Of a stretch of DNA of 50,200 bases, positions 40,128-48,655 are shown piece after piece. The translations under genes and the position numbers were made by a program. Position 1 is the first letter of the stretch; each line of letters starts with the position of its first letter. The stretch lies in assembly GCA_017988155.1 (NCBI GenBank), contig JAGNSF010000001.1, forward strand, positions 1-50,200, in the 5' to 3' direction. This DNA is from Flavobacterium sp. (GTDB lineage: Bacteria > Bacteroidota > Bacteroidia > Flavobacteriales > Flavobacteriaceae). The notes below the pieces were generated by a model. The model saw only the letters and a program-made list of their open reading frames with translations. It was not told the origin of the DNA and did not search any database.

Positions 40128-40147
40128 TAGTCAGTATTTAGTCAGTA
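40128..40147 (+). repeat. Putative integrase arm-type sites, left (2 x TAGTCAGTA)
   Basis: TAGTCAGTA at 40128 and 40139, 11-bp period. Confidence 0.75.
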
Positions 40148-40234
40148 ATGATGAAAAACCTAAAAATCCACATACTTTTTACCATAAAAAAAACCTCTCA
40201 TTTCTGAAAGGTTTTGTTTTGAATAATTGAAATA

Positions 40235-40534
40235 TTATTTTGATTGTGCTTTTGCGATTAATTCCGCAATTCTTTTTTCTCGGTCTTCAGAATTATTAAT
40301 AACTATCGGGTTTTCTTTATCGCCTTTCAAAGTACTTTCTGTTTGTTTCGGTAAGAGGTAAGGCAATAACTTTGAAATTGCATTAACACGTTCAATCGGT
40401 TCTAATTGTTCTATTATTTTACCTAATTTTTCCAGTTCCTTACCTACTATTTTTTGAAGTAGTTCTTTTGTTTCGGCGGTGGTACGGTTAGGTGTTCCCG
40501 CTGTACGTCCACCTGTTTTTTTTCTAATTGCCAT
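40235..40534 (-). CDS. Small basic protein, terminase-small-subunit-like
   Basis: N-terminal KKTGGRTAGTPNR motif, helical core and GDKENPI tail resemble phage TerS-like proteins; family assignment is inferred. Confidence 0.5.
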   Translation of the reverse strand: MAIRKKTGGRTAGTPNRTTAETKELLQKIVGKELEKLGKIIEQLEPIERVNAISKLLPYLLPKQTESTLKGDKENPIVINNSEDREKRIAELIAKAQSK

Positions 40535-40602
40535 ATTTTCTATTTTTTTCTAAAGTAGAAATTCAAAGAGAACTTTTACATTCTCTTTTGAATACTGGAT
40601 TA

Positions 40603-41280
40603 CTATTTAAATCTCAAACTCATTTCTTTGTAGGTTGTAGCAAATTTCAATGTTTCGGGTCTTATTGAATAAGTATTGTCTAACTCCAGCCACAAGAAAC
40701 CGTTTGCTATTGCTGTAACGCCTTTGCCGTGTTCATAACTAAATTTAAAATCTAATTCTTTTAAATTTCCTGTAACTTTGTTATAGGCTTCAATGAAGTT
40801 TTGTAGATTATCGAATAACTCCTTTTCTTTTTCGTTTTCAATGTAGATCCTACATTCATTTTCGAGAATTTGGGTTTTGTTTTCGTCACTCAAATAGAAA
40901 GTTCCATTTTGAAATGAAATAACATTCAACTTCAAATAATTTTTTCTTGAATAGGTTTCGGGTTTAAATCTTTTCAGCTCCCTTGTGTTTTCCAAAAAAG
41001 AAAAATACAATTGTTCAGATCCTTTCAAAAGATTACTTTTTACAATAGTGTTTGAAATTCCGGCTTTCTCAATTTGATCGTTAAGGGATTCATTAAATAA
41101 TTTTTCAATTTTTGCCGTTCCAGATTTGATAATCTCTTTGAAAATGTCATCATTAAAATCACCTAATTGTAATTTCTCATAACTTTTTTTGACTTGCTGC
41201 AAGAGTGGTAAATATTGTCTAAGATCTGTACTAATCTCAGATAATAAATTTTTGTCTTCGTGTATTAAAATACGTTTCAT
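40603..41280 (-). CDS. Hypothetical protein (element)
   Basis: 225-aa ORF co-oriented with the other element genes; no recognised motif. Confidence 0.7.
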   Translation of the reverse strand: MKRILIHEDKNLLSEISTDLRQYLPLLQQVKKSYEKLQLGDFNDDIFKEIIKSGTAKIEKLFNESLNDQIEKAGISNTIVKSNLLKGSEQLYFSFLENTRELKRFKPETYSRKNYLKLNVISFQNGTFYLSDENKTQILENECRIYIENEKEKELFDNLQNFIEAYNKVTGNLKELDFKFSYEHGKGVTAIANGFLWLELDNTYSIRPETLKFATTYKEMSLRFK

Positions 41281-41292
41281 AATTTCTTTTGT

Positions 41293-41460
41293 TTAGGGTA
41301 AAATTTTATTAACAATATCCTCAATGTCATCTTGAGTTAAATCCTCATTATCGGGATCCTGTTCACCTGATTGTTCAGCTAATTCCAATCGGTTTAATTC
41401 CTGTTGTTTGTTGGTTATCTCATTTTTGAGATTTTCAATTTCTTCTTTTCGGTTTCCCAT
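41293..41460 (-). CDS. 55-aa coiled-coil/acidic hypothetical protein (below the ORF track cut-off)
   Basis: MGNRKEEIENLKNEITNKQQELNRLELAEQSGEQDPDNEDLTQDDIEDIVNKILP*; fills the gap between rep and the 225-aa gene; A-rich leader. Confidence 0.6.
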   Translation of the reverse strand: MGNRKEEIENLKNEITNKQQELNRLELAEQSGEQDPDNEDLTQDDIEDIVNKILP

Positions 41461-41485
41461 AATTTCTATTTTTGTTTATTGATTA

Positions 41486-42748
41486 CTAATTTATGTTGAA
41501 TTGATCTAGTAGGGTAATTTGACCCTGTTTGTAAATCCTTTTTTGTTTGATTTTTCGATTACTGTTTGTGTTCCTGATATTGTGCGCAATCTCTTTTATT
41601 ATGGTTTCAAAATTTGACGTAAACCATATTTTTGACAAATACCGTCTTTTGATTTGTTCAAAGATTACTTTGTCTGTTTTGTAATAGTATTTCAGTCCAG
41701 TATGTGAGAGTAAAACACTATTTTTTTTCTGCATTTCAATATTAAAACCAGTCACTTTGCAAAGGTGTTTTTTACACTCATTTTGATTATTTAATACTAC
41801 CTTTTTTGATTGTATAGTTAAATGCTCAAAAGAGGTAGTTTTTACATTTAGAAAATCAATCTTTTTTCTCATTATTTCGGTTGTCAATTCTTGTACTTTA
41901 TCCGAGTGCTTTTGAGTAATTATATTTAATTGTTTTCTGTGGTGTTTGTAGTTTTCAATCTGTTTATTATTTAATAATCCAGTCCAATAATTAGGGTTTG
42001 AATATTCAAGAACTCTTTTTTTTACGGTTTTACTTAAACCCTCAATTCTGGTAGTATTATCGTAATACAATACATTTTGCCATTCCTTCAAAACTTCATC
42101 TTTGAAATTATGCAAACCGTAATCAATTAAATCCTGCAAAGTAAAAATGCCTTTTTGTTTTAGTCTTGTTAGGGTTGTGTATTTGATCTCAAAACGCATT
42201 ATTTCGGCTCTAACATCAAAACCTTTTGATTTGTAATGCAGTGCCTTATTGTAAATTTTAATAATGTATTCGTTGTGCTGCACTTGTTTATATTTGCCCT
42301 CATCTGAATTTTTTTGATACTCGAAAGGTTTTGTTTTGTGCATCAAACAATTGTCCAAAATCTCATTTGTTGGTATCGGTGGCGTTATGTTAATTCCTAT
42401 TTCTAAACACTTTAAAATACATTTGCTAGGGTCAATATTGAATTTTGCTTTTAGGTCGCTCAAGACAAATAAAACCGCCTCACTATTGAAGTCATTGAAG
42501 TTGTGCGCTCCACTATTCCAGTACTTGTGCAAACTTCCTGCAATTGTTATTGTTCCGGTATCATAAATTTTAAATTCCAACCCGTTGTAAGAGGCGTTTT
42601 TTGATGGTGTTACTTTGTTGCCGTTCCTGTTGGTGGTTTTCATTTCTCCGGTAGTTAGGTTAATGGTATCGTAAAAATCTAATAGGGGATTAACCTCTAA
42701 AATAGAGTGCTGTAATTCCTTAATTATTATTTTTATATAGTCGATCAA
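41486..42748 (-). CDS. Putative replication initiator (Rep_trans / phage CRI-like)
   Basis: MIDYIKI start, GSLHKY, LEIGINI, IKIYNK, MRFEIK match the D / GS / RxDxxxN / YxK / RxE pattern of rolling-circle initiators; TTG start. Confidence 0.65.
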   Translation of the reverse strand: MIDYIKIIIKELQHSILEVNPLLDFYDTINLTTGEMKTTNRNGNKVTPSKNASYNGLEFKIYDTGTITIAGSLHKYWNSGAHNFNDFNSEAVLFVLSDLKAKFNIDPSKCILKCLEIGINITPPIPTNEILDNCLMHKTKPFEYQKNSDEGKYKQVQHNEYIIKIYNKALHYKSKGFDVRAEIMRFEIKYTTLTRLKQKGIFTLQDLIDYGLHNFKDEVLKEWQNVLYYDNTTRIEGLSKTVKKRVLEYSNPNYWTGLLNNKQIENYKHHRKQLNIITQKHSDKVQELTTEIMRKKIDFLNVKTTSFEHLTIQSKKVVLNNQNECKKHLCKVTGFNIEMQKKNSVLLSHTGLKYYYKTDKVIFEQIKRRYLSKIWFTSNFETIIKEIAHNIRNTNSNRKIKQKRIYKQGQITLLDQFNIN

Positions 42749-42765
42749 TTGAGTATCTTTGATAA

Positions 42766-42843
42766 GGTTTTTAACATTGCCTGTTGAAAACTGAACTTTT
42801 TGAACAAAGTATAAACGAGAGCCTGAACAACTCTCGTTTTTTT
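42766..42843 (+). ncRNA. Predicted antisense (counter-transcript) RNA against the rep leader
   Basis: TATCTTTG -7 element at 42754..42761; stem-loop 42767..42791 with TTGCC loop; terminator AAACGAGAG/CTCTCGTTT plus T run at 42813..42843. Confidence 0.6.
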
Positions 42844-42850
42844 GTGCCTT

Positions 42851-43279
42851 TTATTCTGTTTTATAGGTGTTAATGATGTTTTGAAGTATTCCTTTGTGAT
42901 TGGGATAAAAACCCCTGTAAACGTCAATTATTAATGTTTTTTTATCTTTTGAAAATAGAAACATCAATAACGTTTTTACAGTTGAATTTTTGCCAATTGG
43001 TTTGCAATCCCCGCTAAATAAACTGTCAATTGTTGTAGGTCGCAAACCTGTAATTAATTGCGAACGTGTCCAGCTCTTTGGGTCGGTTCTTAATCTTAAA
43101 TAGTCATCTACACGGGTTGTACAAGATTTGCCTTGAAATTTTTCTATTCTAAGTATTTCAGTCAACAAAAGAGATCCGTTTGTAACCTCATCAAATTGAT
43201 AAACTGAATAACTTTTTAACTCGTTTGTTAACTTGTAAACGTGTCTAATGTATTGGGGGGTGTTGCCTGTTGAATTCAT
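42851..43279 (-). CDS. Hypothetical protein (element)
   Basis: 142-aa ORF starting 4 nt downstream of the xis-like gene. Confidence 0.7.
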   Translation of the reverse strand: MNSTGNTPQYIRHVYKLTNELKSYSVYQFDEVTNGSLLLTEILRIEKFQGKSCTTRVDDYLRLRTDPKSWTRSQLITGLRPTTIDSLFSGDCKPIGKNSTVKTLLMFLFSKDKKTLIIDVYRGFYPNHKGILQNIINTYKTE

Positions 43280-43283
43280 AATC

Positions 43284-43559
43284 TTAAACGTTTAGGGGTT
43301 TAAGACTTGCCTCAACTTCAGATCGTAAAAAGTAAACACGTCCCGAAATTGCGAGCGGGTTTAATTTGCCTGTACGTTGCCAGTTGGAAATTGTAGAAAT
43401 ATCCACCGAAAACATTTTAGCCACGTCCGAACGGGTCAAATATTCTTTTGGCGGTGTTGGTGTGAAGTGTTTTAAAAATTCGTCAAGATGAGTTTTAACC
43501 TCGTTTGCGATTTCTTTTTTAAATTCGTTCGGTGCGGTAATGATTTGAATTGATTCCAT
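43284..43559 (-). CDS. Excisionase/AlpA-like helix-turn-helix protein
   Basis: YLTRSDVAKMFSVDISTISNW..G.L...I.GRVYFLRSEV (MerR-like HTH_17 pattern). Confidence 0.85.
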   Translation of the reverse strand: MESIQIITAPNEFKKEIANEVKTHLDEFLKHFTPTPPKEYLTRSDVAKMFSVDISTISNWQRTGKLNPLAISGRVYFLRSEVEASLKPLNV

Positions 43560-43656
43560 TTTACAAAGTGTTTTTATTGTTTCACTTTGCTAAATTCATT
43601 CAAATTGATACGCACCTTAATATTGCACCTGTGCGGGATTTGGTGTGAGTATTTTA

Positions 43657-44832
43657 TTAATGTCTATTTTCGAGTAATACTGAGTATTTATTTAAAAATT
43701 CAACATCAATAATAATTTCGTTTTTATCACAATACTCAATTATATTATTTAACTGTTTAAGGTTGTTAAAAATATTGTGTTTGGTTTTTGCACCTGTAAA
43801 ACTGTCATTTATATATTGCCGGCTCAATGATAGACGTTTAGATAATTGATTAGGATTGTCAAAAACTTCATCTTTGAAATAGTAATTTACTTTTTTATAA
43901 CCGTCAATAGTTAGTACATTTTTATAAATTTCTTTTTTTGCAAAAAGTAAACCTACTTTAAAATATACTTTATTTTGTTCGTTTTCGGGGACGGGTTCTG
44001 TTGGGGTTAATTCATTTAATTTGGAATTAATTAAATTTTTAAACCTATAAATTTCAAAAAATTCATAAGGAAAAAGTAACTGCTCTTTGTTTAAAGTTGG
44101 TGTATCTGTAAATCCATTTTCTTTTAACCTCGTTGCAAACTTTTTACCTTTGTCGGTAAGTTTCTCAAAAGGCGTTTTTTTGTAGTATGGTATTTCAATA
44201 TTATTTTCAATTAGTTTCTGGACTGCATTTTCAATTTCTAGCGAACTAAATTCACACTCCATTTCTTCTTTTTCGACAAATAAATATAAATCAATATCTT
44301 TTAGAAGAGCCTTGAGTAAATCATTTTCGTAATTGTTTGAAAGTCCTTTGAGTATTGTAATTAATTCAAGGTTTGAATAATTATTATTTCTGATTTTATC
44401 TAATGGGCTATCGGTTTCTTGAAAAGAATTTGACGTATTTTTTATATTTTCTGTATCAATTCCATTCAAAAACAATTCAATTAAGTGGTTATAATTATTT
44501 TCAAATCCACTTATTCTATTGTCCGGAATAAGTGGTGCAATACATGTTGTTTCATCGCTAACGGATCCGTTCTTACTTCTAGTCGATTGCATTTTAAAAA
44601 CAATTCCATTAACAAAATAATGAAAGTTACTTTCTAAATCTGAAATTATTTTTTCCTTAACTGCCTGGTCTTTAATTTTAAAAAAGTAGCGATTAAAAGA
44701 TTTGCTTTTTTCATCTGCAAAGGATTTATATAAATTAAAATCGAATTTATTACAGTTAGAAAAATCAATTAAATCTAAAATAATCTTTTCTATACTCTCA
44801 ATTGGTTTTTTTTCGGTGTTAAAATTCTTCAT
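43657..44832 (-). CDS. Hypothetical cargo protein, possible C-terminal HTH
   Basis: 391-aa very AT-rich ORF; NPNQLSKRLSLSRQYIND near the C-terminus. Confidence 0.65.
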   Translation of the reverse strand: MKNFNTEKKPIESIEKIILDLIDFSNCNKFDFNLYKSFADEKSKSFNRYFFKIKDQAVKEKIISDLESNFHYFVNGIVFKMQSTRSKNGSVSDETTCIAPLIPDNRISGFENNYNHLIELFLNGIDTENIKNTSNSFQETDSPLDKIRNNNYSNLELITILKGLSNNYENDLLKALLKDIDLYLFVEKEEMECEFSSLEIENAVQKLIENNIEIPYYKKTPFEKLTDKGKKFATRLKENGFTDTPTLNKEQLLFPYEFFEIYRFKNLINSKLNELTPTEPVPENEQNKVYFKVGLLFAKKEIYKNVLTIDGYKKVNYYFKDEVFDNPNQLSKRLSLSRQYINDSFTGAKTKHNIFNNLKQLNNIIEYCDKNEIIIDVEFLNKYSVLLENRH

Positions 44833-44875
44833 TTTTGCCTGTTTAATTTGAACCTTTGAACTTGTTTTATAAGTG

Positions 44876-45166
44876 TTACTGAATGTCTTTGTATAGTTCG
44901 TGTTCTAAGTATTCCCTTGTGCCTAGTAAATCAAAAACTTCATTTAGTACAGTTATATTAAACATTATTTCCTCCATTTCTCTCAAAGTGGGTTTGTTTC
45001 CGGTATGCTCTATTGTGGTCATGGAATAAATTTGTTTTGCAATACCTTGTTTTAAAAAATATTGAAAATCCCCAATTTCGCCTATAAATTCAGTTACTCT
45101 AGTTGCTAATTTTGTTTCTGTACTTTGAAGTTTTTCTTTTAATTCCGTTTCTGTTAAATGTTTCAT
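44876..45166 (-). CDS. Hypothetical protein (element)
   Basis: 96-aa helical ORF downstream of the integrase. Confidence 0.6.
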   Translation of the reverse strand: MKHLTETELKEKLQSTETKLATRVTEFIGEIGDFQYFLKQGIAKQIYSMTTIEHTGNKPTLREMEEIMFNITVLNEVFDLLGTREYLEHELYKDIQ

Positions 45167-45254
45167 GATTTTAGTTTTTAGATTATTATTAAACTTAATC
45201 GAGTAATAAAATTTACAACTTTGTAATATATTTTATTACACGACTTATTTTTTT

Positions 45255-46637
45255 TTAATCATGAGTTCCGGATTTAATTACTTTCATTTCGGGGGTTTTA
45301 TCTTTGTTGAGGTCTTCATAAAACTTCATAAATAAATCGGCGTTGCTGTCTTTGTCCTCTCGTTTATTGATATAAGTTAAAAATAAACTTTCTTTCGAAT
45401 GTCCAGTTATTCCAATTAACACGGCTGTTGGAATCTTTTTATAATAGTTTGATGCAAACGAACGTCTGAAACAATGTGAGGCGATCAATTCATATTTTGG
45501 GTAGTTCCCTAACTCTTTACGGTTCGTTTCAGTATTTAGTTTTGAACCTTTTACAACCTCAACAATTCCAGCCATTTTACAAACTACTTTCGAATATTCA
45601 TTGAGTTTTTGATGTGGTATTTCTTTGGGGAAATTGTTTTCGATTATGTCGATAACGTGAGGCGCAATTATCCCGATTGTAACACTTTTATTTGTTTTCT
45701 GTTGAATTATATCTAAATACATATTTCCGCCCTTATATCGAATATTCTCATTTGTAATTTTCAATAGATCCCCACCACGTTGGCCAATTTCGCACCCGAT
45801 TAGAATTAAGTTTCGAGCGTTGTTTAATGTTTCGGGTGTTAATAAAAGGTTTTTTGTTAGTTCGGGATTTGCTTTTTTAAATTCTTTGAGTTGTTCAATG
45901 TTTGAATAATCGGTGTTTTTGATTTGCTCCAGTTCTTCAAATGATAATGTTTGAATATAGCGGTCTTTGTCGCTCTCTCCAAAATGTTGGATTGTTTTTG
46001 AATAGGGTGTTACTGGAATTTCGTTTTTTTCAGCATCAATACAAACCGTTTTTAAGATTTGTAATTCTCGGCCTGTTGTGTTTGCAGAATATTTTTTTGT
46101 ATTAACTAGCCAGTTTGTGAACTTGTCAACAAAAGTATTTGTTATCTCAATAAACTGGATTTGCTTTTTAATGGTTTTTTGGTACTCTAGAATTATGTTT
46201 TTAAAAACAGTATAATTTTTTATTGTTTCCTTACTTAATCCAATTTTTACACCGCCGTTAGTTTTTACTTTGCGGGTGTTTGCATTATCGAGAATGTACT
46301 GAATATGATTAATTAATAAACCTGTATCAGTTTTAACAATTCGTTTAAAACAATTGTTTATTTGGGTTTCTAGCCAATACGCATCGATTAAAACACTATT
46401 GGCTAAATCTTTGTTGAGGTTTTCTAAAACAAACGGATCTAACTTTTTGAGATTGTTAGATAATTTCTTGTTTTCGGGATTGTTTTGTTTTGGTAGTCCG
46501 GTTGCTTCGCTCCAGTCTTTTGAATTTATAGTAAATCCCGTTTTTTTCTTTAATGAAACTTTCTGACTTATTGAAACTCTAATATAGATTTGAGAGTTAT
46601 CGGACTTACTTTGAAGTAAAAATTTAATCTTTGCCAT
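45255..46637 (-). CDS. Tyrosine recombinase / phage-type integrase
   Basis: N-terminal arm-binding domain; catalytic GQR, QQKT, HCFRRSF, TGH, TY; TAAATTTG promoter on the minus strand at 46658..46665. Confidence 0.93.
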   Translation of the reverse strand: MAKIKFLLQSKSDNSQIYIRVSISQKVSLKKKTGFTINSKDWSEATGLPKQNNPENKKLSNNLKKLDPFVLENLNKDLANSVLIDAYWLETQINNCFKRIVKTDTGLLINHIQYILDNANTRKVKTNGGVKIGLSKETIKNYTVFKNIILEYQKTIKKQIQFIEITNTFVDKFTNWLVNTKKYSANTTGRELQILKTVCIDAEKNEIPVTPYSKTIQHFGESDKDRYIQTLSFEELEQIKNTDYSNIEQLKEFKKANPELTKNLLLTPETLNNARNLILIGCEIGQRGGDLLKITNENIRYKGGNMYLDIIQQKTNKSVTIGIIAPHVIDIIENNFPKEIPHQKLNEYSKVVCKMAGIVEVVKGSKLNTETNRKELGNYPKYELIASHCFRRSFASNYYKKIPTAVLIGITGHSKESLFLTYINKREDKDSNADLFMKFYEDLNKDKTPEMKVIKSGTHD

Positions 46638-46692
46638 ATTTTGAACTTTTGAACACTCAAATTTAAAACAATAAATTGAGTTAAAAAAATTC

Positions 46693-46723
46693 TAGTCAGT
46701 ATTTAGTCAGTAATTAGTCAGTA
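46693..46723 (+). repeat. Putative integrase arm-type sites, right (3 x TAGTCAGTA)
   Basis: TAGTCAGTA at 46693, 46704 and 46715, 11-bp period. Confidence 0.78.
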
Positions 46724-46865
46724 TTATTAAATCGTATTCTATTTTATTCTATTATTTATAATTAGTTTTAACCTGCTGTTATACTTGAATTTGTTGAGGT
46801 TTACGATTGATTTTGTAGTGTTTATAAGTGTTTGTTTAAAACGTAAAATTGAGGTGTTAAGGTTT

Positions 46866-46890
46866 CAGGTTCGAACCCTGCCGTGGTCAC
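46866..46890 (+). repeat. att core, right junction (displaced tRNA-Arg 3' end)
   Basis: Exact copy of 40047..40071. Confidence 0.93.
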
Positions 46891-46920
46891 AAAACCTACT
46901 GTTATGCAGTAGGTTTTTTT
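46891..46920 (+). terminator. Original tRNA-Arg terminator
   Basis: AAAACCTACTG-TTATG-CAGTAGGTTTT plus T run, directly after the right att. Confidence 0.8.
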
Positions 46921-47071
46921 GTTTATGTTATTCATATTCCCTTCACTTTTACATTTGTTACTGACTAGCCACTACATCTAGTTTACTTTTTCTTCATTAA
47001 TTAGAAAATTAGTATTTTAAACTACATTTCATTAGTTTTATCGTACTTTTATATTTCAAAAATTTATCCTA

Positions 47072-47698
47072 ATGCACCAATCTATCAAAAAAATATTTTC
47101 TTCATTCTCAAGCTCGTTAGTCGATGACATCGAAAGGAATTCTGTAATTCAAGAATTTAAAGCAGGCGATATCATAATGCGAACAGGTCAGTATATTAAG
47201 AATACCGTATTGGTTTTAAATGGGAGTATCAAAGTTTATCGGGAAGGCGAAGATGGAGGAGAGTTTTTTATGTACTATTTACAATCTGGACAGGCGTGTG
47301 CAATTTCTATGATTTGTGCTACGAAAAATGAACAGAGCAAGATTATGGCAAAAGTGGTAGAAGATGTTGAATTGGTTATGGTTCCTTTGTCATTAATGGA
47401 TAAGTGGATGATGCAACACCGAAGCTGGTACGAATTTGTGATTGGTACTTACAGAAGTCGTTTTGAAGAAGTATTAGAAGTAGTTGATAGTATAGCGTTT
47501 AGAGCTATGGATGAACGTTTGGAATTTTATTTAAAGCGACATAAAGATGCTTGCGGTTGTTTAGATTTGAAATTATCACATCAAGAAATTGCTGACGAAT
47601 TGAACACATCAAGAGAAGTGATTTCTCGATTACTCAAAAAATTAGAACAGCGTGGTACACTAAAATTGCACCGAAATCACATCGAGCTTTTAAAATAA
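47072..47698 (+). CDS. Crp/Fnr family transcriptional regulator
   Basis: cNMP-binding-like domain plus LSHQEIADELNTSREVISRLLK HTH. Confidence 0.92.
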   Translation: MHQSIKKIFSSFSSSLVDDIERNSVIQEFKAGDIIMRTGQYIKNTVLVLNGSIKVYREGEDGGEFFMYYLQSGQACAISMICATKNEQSKIMAKVVEDVELVMVPLSLMDKWMMQHRSWYEFVIGTYRSRFEEVLEVVDSIAFRAMDERLEFYLKRHKDACGCLDLKLSHQEIADELNTSREVISRLLKKLEQRGTLKLHRNHIELLK

Positions 47699-47706
47699 AG
47701 TCCCTA

Positions 47707-47722
47707 TGTGATAAAAGTTACA
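47707..47722 (+). promoter_or_regulatory. CRP-type box upstream of tauE-like gene
   Basis: TGTGA-TAAAAG-TTACA versus the TGTGA-N6-TCACA consensus; directly downstream of the Crp/Fnr gene. Confidence 0.6.
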
Positions 47723-47771
47723 GATTGTGAAATTAAAACGGCCAATATTTGCAGTATAAAATTTTACAATT

Positions 47772-48572
47772 ATGGAATATATTGGTTATTTTGCATCAAT
47801 ACTTATTGGTGTTGCGTTAGGGCTAATAGGTGGTGGTGGTTCAATTTTAACTGTGCCAGTTTTAGTATACTTATTTGCTATCGAGCCTGTTGTAGCAACT
47901 TCTTACTCATTATTTATTGTTGGTTTAACTAGCGGTATTGGTTCTTTTGGTTATTTCAAAAAAGGTTTAGTCAATATTAAAACAGCTATAGTTTTTGGTA
48001 TTCCATCAATTATTGCAGTTTTTACAACTCGTGCTTTAATTGTTCCTGCAATACCAAAAGTAGTTTTTACTATTGGTGAATTTGTTGTTACCAAAAGTAT
48101 TTTAATGATGCTACTTTTTGCAGTTTTAATGATTGCAGCTTCCTATAGCATGATCAAGAAAGATAATGAAACAGCTAGTGACGAAAACGGTGAGCAAAAA
48201 TTCAATTATCCATTAATTCTTATTGAAGGTGCAGTAGTCGGTATACTTACAGGATTAGTTGGTGCTGGTGGCGGATTTTTAATTATTCCTGCATTAGTGA
48301 TTTTAAGTAAATTACCAATGAAAGAAGCTGTTGGAACCTCATTAGTAATTATTGCGGCAAAATCATTGATTGGATTTTTTGGTGAAGGTGAAGCAACTGC
48401 AATAGATTGGCAATTTCTAATTACAATTTCTGCTTTTGCAATTATCGGTATATTTATCGGAACTGCATTGTCTAAAAAAATAGATGGAGCAAAACTAAAA
48501 CCTGCCTTTGGTTGGTTTGTTTTGGTAATGGGTATTTATATCATAACCAAAGAGTTGTTTTTCCCTAATTAG
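47772..48572 (+). CDS. Sulfite exporter TauE/SafE (TSUP) family permease
   Basis: Two repeats GLIGGGGSILTVP and GLVGAGGGFLIIP, AVGTSL; multi-TM. Confidence 0.9.
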   Translation: MEYIGYFASILIGVALGLIGGGGSILTVPVLVYLFAIEPVVATSYSLFIVGLTSGIGSFGYFKKGLVNIKTAIVFGIPSIIAVFTTRALIVPAIPKVVFTIGEFVVTKSILMMLLFAVLMIAASYSMIKKDNETASDENGEQKFNYPLILIEGAVVGILTGLVGAGGGFLIIPALVILSKLPMKEAVGTSLVIIAAKSLIGFFGEGEATAIDWQFLITISAFAIIGIFIGTALSKKIDGAKLKPAFGWFVLVMGIYIITKELFFPN

Positions 48573-48655
48573 AATAGTTGCGTGACAATAGGTTCAGGTT
48601 TATAAATTTTTAATTAATATTGTTAAATTTTTAATTATTAAATAACATACATAAA

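Larger units (their letters stand above)
40047..46890. mobile_element. Approximately 6.8-kb tRNA-Arg-integrated element (integrative replicon / phage-satellite-like island)
   Basis: 25-bp direct repeats, tyrosine integrase next to the right att, Xis-like HTH, Rep-like protein; all genes on the minus strand. Confidence 0.9.

Noticed and set aside
42745-42927. 60-aa ORF overlapping the rep leader
   Set aside because: It overlaps the 142-aa gene and structured leader and has no protein-like features; a leader-peptide role cannot be supported from sequence alone.
43608-43650. GC-rich GCACC repeats and hairpin as the element's replication origin
   Set aside because: The stems are short and imperfect and I cannot identify a nick-site consensus, so there is too little support.
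40235-46637. Calling the island a prophage or ICE
   Set aside because: It has no recognisable structural, lysis, relaxase or type IV secretion genes and is only 6.8 kb.
47708-47932. 74-aa Cys-rich ORF
   Set aside because: It is an out-of-frame overlap with the tauE-like gene and its regulatory box.
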